NCBI GenBank assembly: GCA_963633225.1
Contig: CAVGXR010000042.1
Location: forward strand, 16,152 to 80,151
Length of the DNA: 64,000 nt
Origin: Collinsella aerofaciens
GTDB taxonomy: Bacteria; Bacillota; Clostridia; Oscillospirales; Oscillospiraceae
Direction: 5' to 3'
Part shown: positions 38,754 to 47,239 of the stretch, in pieces
How the letters are laid out: each line of letters begins with the position of its first letter
Numbering within the stretch: the first letter of the stretch is position 1
Translations under genes and position numbers: made by a program
Notes under the pieces: generated by a model
Told to the model about the DNA's origin: nothing
Seen by the model: only the letters and a program-made list of their open reading frames with translations
Database searches by the model: none

Positions 38754-39146
38754 ATGGATATCGGACAAAAAGCATTGAACTATCATGCAAACGGATTTAA
38801 CTGTGCGCAGTCGGTGTTTGCCGCCTGCTGCGAGTATACCGGAATGGACGAAAAAACGGCGCTCGCACTGTCGGCGGGCTTCGGCGGCGGTGCAAGAAGC
38901 GGTGAGCTCTGCGGCGCGATCGCCGGAGCAGTCATGGCTGAGGGGCTTGTTTTCCCGTTTAACGACGGGCAGGATACCGAGGCAAAGGACAGGATTGCGG
39001 CTATTGCAAAGCAGTGCGTCGGCATTGCACGGGAAAAATACTCTCATGTACGCTGTGCAGACCTCAAGGGAAATATAAATTGCAGCGAAATAATAGCATT
39101 CATGGCTAAAACAGCCGAAGATATAATTGAAAAGGAGAAAATTTGA
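38754..39146 (+). CDS. C_GCAxxG_C_C-family Cys-rich protein
   Basis: 130 aa with the family pattern: NCAQSV, ELCGAIAGAV (the GCAxxG-type segment), then later conserved Cys residues (RCADLKG, NCSEII). Confidence 0.75.
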   Translation: MDIGQKALNYHANGFNCAQSVFAACCEYTGMDEKTALALSAGFGGGARSGELCGAIAGAVMAEGLVFPFNDGQDTEAKDRIAAIAKQCVGIAREKYSHVRCADLKGNINCSEIIAFMAKTAEDIIEKEKI

Positions 39147-40366
39147 TGGGCATTTATGAAGAACTGGTCGAAAGAGGGCTTATCGCTCAGGTAACCAATG
39201 AGGATCAGATAAAGGAAATGATAAACAATGGCAAGGCCACATTCTATATAGGCTTTGACTGCACCGCCGACTCTCTGCACGTTGGTCACTTCATGGCTCT
39301 GTGCCTCATGAAGCGCCTTCAGATGGCCGGAAACCGCCCAATAGCCCTTATCGGCGACGGCACAACGCTTATCGGCGACCCCTCCGGCAGAACCGATATG
39401 CGTCAGATGCTCACCGAGGAGACCATCGCACACAATGCCGAGTGCTTCAAAAAGCAGATGGAAAAGTTCATCGACTTCTCAGAGGGCAAGGCTATCATGC
39501 TCCGCAACTCCGAATGGCTCAAGCCGCTCAATTACATTGAGCTTCTGCGCGAGGTCGGCGCTTGCTTTTCCGTCAACAACATGCTGCGTGCAGAGTGCTA
39601 CAAGCAGCGCATGGAGAAGGGGCTGAGCTTCCTTGAGTTCAACTACATGATCATGCAGAGCTACGACTTCTACTACATGTTCCAGCACTACGGCTGCAAC
39701 ATGCAGTTCGGCGGCAACGACCAGTGGTCGAATATGCTCGGCGGCACAGAGCTCATCCGCCGCAAGCTCGGCAAGGATGCTCACGCGATGACCATAACTC
39801 TGCTTTTAAATTCCGAGGGCAAGAAAATGGGCAAGACCGCTGCCGGCGCAGTTTGGCTCGACCCCAACAAGACCTCGCCGTACGACTTCTACCAGTACTG
39901 GCGCAACGTCGATGATGCCGACGTTCTCAAGTGCCTGCGTATGCTTACCTTCCTGCCGCTTGAGCAGATCAACGAGATGGACGGCTGGGAGGGCTCTCAG
40001 CTCAACAGAGCCAAGGAGATCCTCGCTTATGAGCTCACTGCCCTTGTTCACGGTGAGGAGGAGGCAAAAAAGGCCGAGGCCTCCGCAAAGGCGCTCTTCG
40101 GCGGTGCAGCTTCCGGCGAGATGCCGACGACCGAGGTGGACGAGTCCTCGCTCACAGACGGCACTCTCGATATCATGACCGCTCTTGTTCTCAGCGGCCT
40201 TTGCGCCTCCAAGTCAGAGGCTCGCCGCAATGTCCAGCAGGGCGGCGTTTCCGCTGACGATGAGAAGATCAGTGATATCGCAAAGACCTTCAGTGCCGAG
40301 CAGCTCAGAGCCGGCATAGTTCTCAGGCGCGGCAAGAAAAACTTCAACAAAATAATTCTCAAATAA
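39146..40366 (+). CDS. tyrS: tyrosine--tRNA ligase
   Basis: HIGH-class motif (ADSLHVGHFM), KMSKS-class motif (KKMGKTAAG) and C-terminal S4-like domain. ATG overlaps the upstream TGA (TGATG). Confidence 0.93.
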   Translation: MGIYEELVERGLIAQVTNEDQIKEMINNGKATFYIGFDCTADSLHVGHFMALCLMKRLQMAGNRPIALIGDGTTLIGDPSGRTDMRQMLTEETIAHNAECFKKQMEKFIDFSEGKAIMLRNSEWLKPLNYIELLREVGACFSVNNMLRAECYKQRMEKGLSFLEFNYMIMQSYDFYYMFQHYGCNMQFGGNDQWSNMLGGTELIRRKLGKDAHAMTITLLLNSEGKKMGKTAAGAVWLDPNKTSPYDFYQYWRNVDDADVLKCLRMLTFLPLEQINEMDGWEGSQLNRAKEILAYELTALVHGEEEAKKAEASAKALFGGAASGEMPTTEVDESSLTDGTLDIMTALVLSGLCASKSEARRNVQQGGVSADDEKISDIAKTFSAEQLRAGIVLRRGKKNFNKIILK

Positions 40367-40378
40367 GGTGAAAAAGAC

Positions 40379-40852
40379 ATGTCAATAGAAAAAGGCAGAG
40401 CATATTTCAGACAGTTCGGCATGGAGGATCGCGTCCGTGAATTTGACGTCTCAAGCGCAACGGTAGAACTCGCGGCGCTCGCGCTCGGCGTTGAAGGCGC
40501 AAGAATAGCCAAAACGCTGTCCTTCAAGAAGGATGACAGCTGCATCCTCATTCTGGCTGCCGGCGACGCAAGGATAGACAACCACAAGTTCAAGGAAAAA
40601 TTCCATATGAAAGCAAAAATGCTGTCTCCCGACGAGGTGCTTACGCTGGTCGGGCATCCTGTCGGAGGCGTGTGTCCCTTCGGCATAAACGAGGGGATAG
40701 ATGTCTATCTTGATGAAAGCCTCAAGCGCTTTGACACGGTTTTTCCGGCAGTCGGCAGCGGCAGCAGCGCCATAGAGCTTGATCTGGACGAGCTGTACAA
40801 ATATTCAAATGCTCTCGAGTGGATAGACGTGTGCAAGCTGCCTGAAGCATAA
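40379..40852 (+). CDS. YbaK/EbsC-family aminoacyl-tRNA trans-editing domain protein
   Basis: 157 aa with the ...KTLSFKKDDSCILILAAGDARIDNHKFKE...VGHPVGGVCPFG... pattern of YbaK/ProX-type deacylases. Lies 12 nt after tyrS. Confidence 0.8.
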   Translation: MSIEKGRAYFRQFGMEDRVREFDVSSATVELAALALGVEGARIAKTLSFKKDDSCILILAAGDARIDNHKFKEKFHMKAKMLSPDEVLTLVGHPVGGVCPFGINEGIDVYLDESLKRFDTVFPAVGSGSSAIELDLDELYKYSNALEWIDVCKLPEA

Positions 40853-40862
40853 ATTATGAGCA

Positions 40863-40899
40863 AAAGCAGAAGAAAACGAATGTTTTCTTCTGCTTTTTT
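40863..40899 (+). terminator. rho-independent terminator of the tyrS operon
   Basis: 15-bp perfect stem (AAAGCAGAAGAAAAC-GAAT-GTTTTCTTCTGCTTT) plus TTTG. Confidence 0.85.
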
Positions 40900-40910
40900 G
40901 CATTTTATAT

Positions 40911-40939
40911 TTGTAATTTCTATAATAATGTTGTATAAT
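40911..40939 (+). promoter_or_regulatory. sigma-A-type promoter for rpe-recR (TTGTAA-17 nt-TATAAT)
   Basis: Hexamers and spacer read directly. Confidence 0.45.
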
Positions 40940-41060
40940 AAATTGGATTGTGCGCAGACAGGGGGCGTACCTTTCCTGTACGCCCCCCGTATATGAAAGC
41001 GGCTGTGCGCACTTTACCGCTGCAATATTTTATGCCGAAAAGTCTTTCGAGGTTATAGAT

Positions 41061-41714
41061 ATGATAAAGATAGCTCCGTCAATCCTCTCTGCCGACTTCA
41101 CGAAGCTGGGAGCGGAGATCGAGGATATACGTTCTGCCGGTGCTGAGTATGTCCATTTTGATGTTATGGACGGTTTCTTTGTGCCCAACATCTCTATAGG
41201 CATTCCCGTCTTGAAATCGGTCCGCAAAATGAGCGATATGTTTCTCGACGTTCACCTGATGATAGATAAGCCTGTCAGATACGCAAAGGCATTCTGCGAT
41301 GCCGGAGCTGATCTTGTCATGCTTCACGTTGAGGCAGATTCCTATCAGAACATATCAGATGCCATTGATATAGTTAAGCAAAACGGAAAAAAGGCTGGCC
41401 TTGCCGTAAAGCCGAGAACACCGGCGAGCGTTCTGTACCCGTTTATCGACAGGCTCGACATGGTTCTTGTCATGACTGTTGAGCCCGGCTTTGGCGGCCA
41501 GAGCTTCATGCATGATCAGCTTCCCAAGATATCGGAGCTCCGGCATGAGATCGACAGACGCGGTCTTGACTGCGAGCTTGAGGTAGACGGCGGAGTTGAC
41601 CCTGCTACGGCAAAGCTCGTAAAGGCTGCGGGAGCTACCGTACTTGTCGCCGGAAGCGCCGTTTTCGGAAAGCCTGACAGAAAGTCGCAGATTGACGCTA
41701 TCAGAAACGCATAG
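41061..41714 (+). CDS. rpe: ribulose-phosphate 3-epimerase
   Basis: IAPSILSADF, HFDVMDG and MTVEPGFGGQSF motifs. ATG at 41061. The ORF-track start at 40950 runs through the leader hairpins. Confidence 0.92.
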   Translation: MIKIAPSILSADFTKLGAEIEDIRSAGAEYVHFDVMDGFFVPNISIGIPVLKSVRKMSDMFLDVHLMIDKPVRYAKAFCDAGADLVMLHVEADSYQNISDAIDIVKQNGKKAGLAVKPRTPASVLYPFIDRLDMVLVMTVEPGFGGQSFMHDQLPKISELRHEIDRRGLDCELEVDGGVDPATAKLVKAAGATVLVAGSAVFGKPDRKSQIDAIRNA

Positions 41715-41726
41715 GAGATATCTTAA

Positions 41727-42332
41727 ATGGCATTTTTCCCTGCTTCACTTGAAAACCTTATAGATAAATTTGCATCTCTCCCCGGGATTGGACGCAAAAG
41801 CGCTCAGCGTCTTGCCTTCCACGTTCTCGCTCTGCCGGAGGGCGAAGGGGAAAGCTTTGCAAACGCCATTCTGGAAGCGAGAAAGAATGTCTGCTGCTGC
41901 AAGATATGTCAGAACCTCACCGAGGGTGAGGTCTGCTCAGTGTGTGCAAGCGCAAAGCGCGACAAGAGCATAGTATGCGTTGTATCCGAGCCGCGTGACG
42001 TGCTGTCGATCGAACGCAGCCATGAATACAACGGCGTGTATCATGTTCTGCACGGCGTTCTCTCGCCCATAAGTCACGTCGGACCTGACGATATACGCAT
42101 AAGCGAGCTTATCCGCCGCGTTGCAGCCGATGACAGCGAAATAAAGGAGATAATCATGGCTACCAATCCCGATACCGAGGGAGAGGCTACGGCCATGTAC
42201 ATTTCGCGCCTTTTAAAGCCCTTTGAGGTCAAGGTAACACGTCTTGCATACGGCATCCCTGTCGGCTCAAATCTGGAGTTTGCCGATGATGCCACGCTTC
42301 TTCGCGCCCTTGAGGGCCGAATTGAAATGTGA
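41727..42332 (+). CDS. recR: recombination protein RecR
   Basis: HhH (LPGIGRKSAQRLAFH), Cys4 zinc finger (CKICQNLTEGEVCSVC) and a Toprim domain. Confidence 0.93.
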   Translation: MAFFPASLENLIDKFASLPGIGRKSAQRLAFHVLALPEGEGESFANAILEARKNVCCCKICQNLTEGEVCSVCASAKRDKSIVCVVSEPRDVLSIERSHEYNGVYHVLHGVLSPISHVGPDDIRISELIRRVAADDSEIKEIIMATNPDTEGEATAMYISRLLKPFEVKVTRLAYGIPVGSNLEFADDATLLRALEGRIEM

Positions 42333-42485
42333 TAAACGGGTTATAATCCCTGTAAAGCATAAAATATTACATACCGAATATCGGAGGGGGAAAGCTTAAC
42401 GGCACGCTGCGTTTCAGGGCACTTGCCGCAAGAGTCCCTTTGCTTTGCGTTTTCGGAAATAATCACTCATATTGGAGGTTAATAT

Positions 42486-44144
42486 ATGACGCATAAACTC
42501 AAGATCATACCTCTCGGCGGTCTCGGTGAGATCGGCAAGAACATGACAGCCATAGAATTTGGCACGGATATAATCGTTATAGACTGCGGCCTCGGCTTTC
42601 CGGACGAGGATATGTACGGCATCGACATTGTTATACCCGACATTTCGTATCTCAAGGCCAACGCCGAAAAGGTCAGAGGTATTATCATCACCCACGGTCA
42701 TGAGGACCACATCGGCGCAATCCCGTATGTTATACGCGAGCTGAATGTCCCGATATATGCAACGCCGCTCACGGCGGCACTCATAGAGCTCAAGCTCGAG
42801 GAGCACGATCTGCTGTACAATACGCAGATCTTCACAAGAAAGGCCGGCGATATCTTCCGCCTCGGCTGCTTCAGCATTGAGTTCATAGCCGTAAACCACA
42901 GCATAGCCGATGCTGTTGCACTTGCCGTAAAAACACCTATCGGAACGATAGTCCACACCGGCGATTTCAAGATCGACCTTACGCCCGTGCAGGGCAAGGT
43001 CATTGACCTGCCGCGCTTCGGCCAGCTCGGAAACGAGGGCGTGCTTGCTCTGATGAGCGATTCAACGAACGTTGAAAAGCCCGGACTGTCCGCATCCGAG
43101 CGCAAGGTCGGCGAGACCTTTGACATGCTGTTTAAAAACTGTGATCAGCGCATAATTATCACTACCTTTGCTTCAAACGTCCACAGATTGCAGCAGATAA
43201 TCGACGTTGCGGCAAAATATAAGCGCAAGGTAGCAATAACAGGCCGCAGTATGGAAAACATTCTGCGCGTCGCAACGGTTTTGGGTTATCTTAATGCACC
43301 CGATAACGTGCTTGTGGATCTTGCGCAGATAAACAAGCTTCCAAGCGAAAAGGTGGTTATCATTTCAACCGGCTCTCAGGGAGAGACGATGTCCGCTCTC
43401 TACCGCATGGCTTTTTCCGAGCACCGGCAGATAAACATTCGTCCCGGAGACAAGGTCATAATATCCGCTTCGGCTATTCCGGGCAATGAAAATATGATAA
43501 GCAAGGTCATTGACGAGCTGTTCCACAAGGGAGCTGAGGTCATCTACGACCGCAACACGGCGCTGCACGTCTCTGGCCACGCCTCACAGGAGGAGCAGAA
43601 AATGATGCTCGCCCTCGTGCGCCCCAAGTACTTCATTCCAGTCCACGGCGAGTACCGTATGCTCGTAAAGCACGCAGAGCTCGGCAAACTTATGGGCGTA
43701 GAGCCCAAGAACGTCGTGATCGCCGAAAACGGCAAGGTCATTGAAATCTCAAAGAAGAGCATCAAGCTCAACGGCGCTGTCCAGTCCGGCGCTGTCATGG
43801 TTGACGGTATGGGTGTAGGCGATGTCGGCAGCGTCGTCATGCGTGACAGGCACAGGCTTGCCGAGGACGGCATGGTAGTCATCGTCGTTACGCTCTCGTC
43901 ATGGGATAATGCGCTCTTGTCCGATCCCGAGATACTCACACGCGGCTTTGTCTATGTAAAGGAAGCCGAGGATATGCTTGAAGAGCTCAAGCGCGTTACC
44001 AAGGAAACACTTGCTGCCTGCGAGGAAAGCGGCGTTAAGGACTGGTCGGCAATAAAAAGCCGCATAAAGAGCAATGTTTCTGGCTATCTGTATAAGACGA
44101 CAAAGCGCAGTCCGATGATACTGCCGCTCATTTCCGAAGTATGA
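42486..44144 (+). CDS. rnj: ribonuclease J
   Basis: Metallo-beta-lactamase motif (ITHGHEDHIGA), beta-CASP region and RNase J C-terminal domain. 552 aa. Confidence 0.92.
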   Translation: MTHKLKIIPLGGLGEIGKNMTAIEFGTDIIVIDCGLGFPDEDMYGIDIVIPDISYLKANAEKVRGIIITHGHEDHIGAIPYVIRELNVPIYATPLTAALIELKLEEHDLLYNTQIFTRKAGDIFRLGCFSIEFIAVNHSIADAVALAVKTPIGTIVHTGDFKIDLTPVQGKVIDLPRFGQLGNEGVLALMSDSTNVEKPGLSASERKVGETFDMLFKNCDQRIIITTFASNVHRLQQIIDVAAKYKRKVAITGRSMENILRVATVLGYLNAPDNVLVDLAQINKLPSEKVVIISTGSQGETMSALYRMAFSEHRQINIRPGDKVIISASAIPGNENMISKVIDELFHKGAEVIYDRNTALHVSGHASQEEQKMMLALVRPKYFIPVHGEYRMLVKHAELGKLMGVEPKNVVIAENGKVIEISKKSIKLNGAVQSGAVMVDGMGVGDVGSVVMRDRHRLAEDGMVVIVVTLSSWDNALLSDPEILTRGFVYVKEAEDMLEELKRVTKETLAACEESGVKDWSAIKSRIKSNVSGYLYKTTKRSPMILPLISEV

Positions 44145-45052
44145 TGAATATACCACTGTTTGACTGCCATTGCGACACGGCAGCGCATGCACGTGAGCGC
44201 GGCGAAGCGCTCAGAAGAAATTCGATGCATTTAGACCTTGAGCGCTTGGGGCAGTATTCGCCGGCCGGACAGGTGTTTGCCATCTGTGCAGTTGACGATC
44301 CCGAGCCTGTCAAATTTGCCGATATCTCGATTGCATACTTTCACGAGCAGATAAAAGAAAATTCAGACATTGTCAGGCTGTGTCTGAATTTTCAGGACAT
44401 AATTTCCGCCGAAGCCGAGGGTAAGATTGCCGCTCTGCTATCCATAGAGGGCGCAGAGCAGATAGCGGATATAGACGCTGCCTTCAGGCAGGGTGTGCGC
44501 ATCGTACATATGACGTGGAACCACGATAATGCCCTGTGCGGCGCAGCTATGGACGGCGCAGCGGGGCTTACAGAGCAGGGCAGACGCTTTGCTGTGCGTG
44601 CACAGGAGCTCGGCATAATGCTGGATATGTCGCATATATCCGAGCGCGGCTTTTGGGATACGCTCGAGATAAGCACACGTCCCGTAATAGCCGGTCACTC
44701 CGATGCAAAGGCTCTGTGCAATGTGCCGCGCAATCTCAGCGACGAGCAGTTTACGGCGCTCGTAAAGCAGGGAGGCGGTGCGGGAATAAATCTCTATCCC
44801 GAATTTCTCGGCCTCGGACGCGATATAGACGCTGTTTTTGCCCACATTGAACATTTCATGTCACTCGGCGGAGAAAAGGCCGTATTTCTCGGCTGTGATC
44901 TTGACGGCATAGAGGAGCCTCCGAAGGGGATACGCGGAGTGCAGGATCTCGGCAGGATATATGAAACGCTTCTCAGACACAATTACACCGAAAAGCTCGC
45001 TCAGGATATCTTCCGCAACAATATTCTTAGGATCATGGAGAAAGCACTGTGA
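44141..45052 (+). CDS. dipeptidase, peptidase M19 (membrane dipeptidase) family
   Basis: The FDCHCDT N-terminal metal motif replaces the DGHNDL-type, together with SIEGA and the HMTWNHDN/DMSHISE pattern. Confidence 0.8.
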   Translation: MMNIPLFDCHCDTAAHARERGEALRRNSMHLDLERLGQYSPAGQVFAICAVDDPEPVKFADISIAYFHEQIKENSDIVRLCLNFQDIISAEAEGKIAALLSIEGAEQIADIDAAFRQGVRIVHMTWNHDNALCGAAMDGAAGLTEQGRRFAVRAQELGIMLDMSHISERGFWDTLEISTRPVIAGHSDAKALCNVPRNLSDEQFTALVKQGGGAGINLYPEFLGLGRDIDAVFAHIEHFMSLGGEKAVFLGCDLDGIEEPPKGIRGVQDLGRIYETLLRHNYTEKLAQDIFRNNILRIMEKAL

Positions 45053-45381
45053 ATATTCAGATCTTCGGCAAAAGCAAATGCTTTGATACAAAAAAAGCCG
45101 AGCGCTATTTCAAAGAACGCAGGATCAAATACCAGTTTGTCGATATAATGAAATTCGGCATGAGCAGGGGAGAACTCAGCTCAGTCAAAAATGCCGTAGG
45201 TCTTGAGGCCATGATAAACAAGGACGATGTTGACTATCCGCTCATCCAGTATCTTGCGTCAAACGAGGCAAAGCTTGAAAAGCTTTTTGAGTGCCCATGG
45301 CTCATAAAAACCCCCATTGTCCGCAACGGAAAGCAGGCCACAGCCGGCTATGCCCCCGACGTATGGGCAAAATGGGAATAA
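45049..45381 (+). CDS. ArsC/Spx/MgsR-family thioredoxin-fold protein
   Basis: 110 aa. IQIFGKSKCFDTKKAERYFKERRIKYQFVDI matches the family N-terminus. GTG start overlaps the upstream stop. Confidence 0.78.
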   Translation: MNIQIFGKSKCFDTKKAERYFKERRIKYQFVDIMKFGMSRGELSSVKNAVGLEAMINKDDVDYPLIQYLASNEAKLEKLFECPWLIKTPIVRNGKQATAGYAPDVWAKWE

Positions 45382-45384
45382 AGA

Positions 45385-45412
45385 AAAACCGCCTGACACG
45401 GCGGTTTTTCTT
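45385..45412 (+). terminator. rho-independent terminator
   Basis: AAAAACCGCC-TGACAC-GGCGGTTTTT. Confidence 0.85.
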
Positions 45413-45420
45413 ATATAAAT

Positions 45421-45757
45421 GAGCGAGTCTGTAAGCCGGGTTCTGTCTTAAACGACCATCTATCTAATCCTGCCGTTGCCGGCAGGCTCAAGCCGCCCCC
45501 TGAGGACGATCGGGCCGATCACATGTCCTCCCACGGCGTTGCTCCGGATAGAGTTTACAGCACCAACATGTCTCCATGCGGCGAGTGAGCTCTTACCTCA
45601 CTTTTCCACCCTTACCGATCTCTCGGCGGTATATTTCTGTTGCACTTGTCCGAGGGTCACCCCTGGCGGGCGTTACCCGCTATCCTTGCCCTATGGAGCC
45701 CGGACTTTCCTCACGCGCTTCCTTTCGGATTGCGCCCGCGGTCGTTCGGCTCACTCA
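45421..45757 (-). ncRNA. rnpB: RNase P RNA, bacterial type A
   Basis: The reverse complement contains GAGGAAAGTCCGGGCTCCATAGGGCA, GGTAACGCC, AGTGCAACAGA, GGTAAGGGTGAAA-like, GGTAAACTC and the 3' ACAGAACCCGGCTTA. The P1 ends pair (GAGTGAG with CTCGCTC). Ends are approximate, within about 10 nt. Confidence 0.88.
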
Positions 45758-45858
45758 GCTAAATATTTTAACCATTATATCCGTCCAAGTCAATAGAAAT
45801 TTCTTGTCTTTGTACGCAAAAAGCCGTATAATGAATAAATTGACTGGAGGTTAAAAAT

Positions 45859-47235
45859 ATGACCTTGAATGAATATATTGAAAAGATAAAGCACAAGCGC
45901 ATAGGCGTTATCGGTATCGGTGTGAGCAACACGCCGCTTATAAAAAAGCTGCTGGCTTCCGGCTGCGATGTAACTGCCTGTGATAAGCGCAGTGCGCAGG
46001 AGCTGGGCGATGAGTATGCTGCACTGTCAGAGCTCGGCGCAAAATTCTGCCTCGGCGAGGATTATCTCGAGCATCTTGATTTTGACCTTATTTTCCGCAC
46101 GCCCGGCCTTATGCCATTTGACGGGCATTTGCAGGCTGCCGTGAACCGCGGAGCCGAGCTCACAAGCGAGATGGAGCTTTTTATGAAGCTCTGCCCGTGC
46201 AGAATATTTGCCGTGACCGGCAGCGACGGTAAAACGACAACAACGACCATCATATCCGAGCTTTTGAAGGATCAGGGATATACCGTCCACCTCGGCGGAA
46301 ATATCGGCAGACCGCTTCTGTGCGACGTTGACAGTATGAGCAGGGATGATTTCGCGGTTCTCGAGCTCAGCTCGTTCCAGTTGCACAGCATGGTCTGCAA
46401 GCCAAACGTTGCCGTCATAACCAACATTTCTCCAAATCACCTTGATAAGCACAAGGATTATCAGGATTACATTGATGCAAAAAGCGCAATATTTGCCAAT
46501 CAGGACGCACACGACCGGCTTGTCCTCAACCGCGAAAACGAGTTTTCTGAATACTACGCCGGAAAAGCCAAGTCAGATATATCGTACTTCAGCCGCACTG
46601 CGAGGCCGGATAATGGCGTTTACTGCGCAGACGGCATCATATATCGCGTGCATGACGGCAAAGCAGCCTGCATTATGGCCGCTGACGATATAAAGCTGCC
46701 CGGAACGCACAATCTTGAAAACTATATGGCAGCATTTGCGGCAACCGACGGATATGTTGACGACGATACATGCATAGCAGTTGCTAAGAGCTTTGCAGGC
46801 GTTGAGCACAGGCTCGAGCAGGTGAGGATAAAGGACGGGGTTACGTTTATAAACGACTCCATCGGTACAAGTCCCACGCGCACTGCTGCGGGTCTGCACG
46901 CACTGAAAACGAAGCCCATCCTCATTGCAGGCGGCTACGATAAGCACATACCCTTTGACGAGCTTGGCGACGAGATTTGCCTGCATGTAAAGAGACTGTA
47001 TCTAACAGGCGCGACCACGGAAAAGATATACGAGGCCGTTGTAAATTCAAAGTATTACGACGGAGCCCTGCCGATAGAGAAGATAGATGATTTTAAGGAA
47101 ACGGTGCTTGCAGCTGCAAGCGCCGCGCAGGAGGGCGACACGGTGCTGCTTTCCCCTGCATGTGCCGCTTTTGACAAGTTTAAAAACTTCATGGAACGCG
47201 GCAAATACTTTAAACAAATAGTTATGGAGCTTTAA
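45859..47235 (+). CDS. murD: UDP-N-acetylmuramoyl-L-alanine--D-glutamate ligase
   Basis: Rossmann N-domain (IGVIGIGVSN) and Mur ligase P-loop (VTGSDGKTTTTT). Confidence 0.92.
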   Translation: MTLNEYIEKIKHKRIGVIGIGVSNTPLIKKLLASGCDVTACDKRSAQELGDEYAALSELGAKFCLGEDYLEHLDFDLIFRTPGLMPFDGHLQAAVNRGAELTSEMELFMKLCPCRIFAVTGSDGKTTTTTIISELLKDQGYTVHLGGNIGRPLLCDVDSMSRDDFAVLELSSFQLHSMVCKPNVAVITNISPNHLDKHKDYQDYIDAKSAIFANQDAHDRLVLNRENEFSEYYAGKAKSDISYFSRTARPDNGVYCADGIIYRVHDGKAACIMAADDIKLPGTHNLENYMAAFAATDGYVDDDTCIAVAKSFAGVEHRLEQVRIKDGVTFINDSIGTSPTRTAAGLHALKTKPILIAGGYDKHIPFDELGDEICLHVKRLYLTGATTEKIYEAVVNSKYYDGALPIEKIDDFKETVLAAASAAQEGDTVLLSPACAAFDKFKNFMERGKYFKQIVMEL

Positions 47236-47239
47236 AATA

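Noticed and set aside
45476-45854. Two overlapping + strand ORFs (106 and 92 aa) between the ArsC-family gene and murD
   Set aside because: The region is fully explained by an RNase P RNA gene on the - strand. The ORFs are Pro/Arg/Ser-rich translations of structured RNA.
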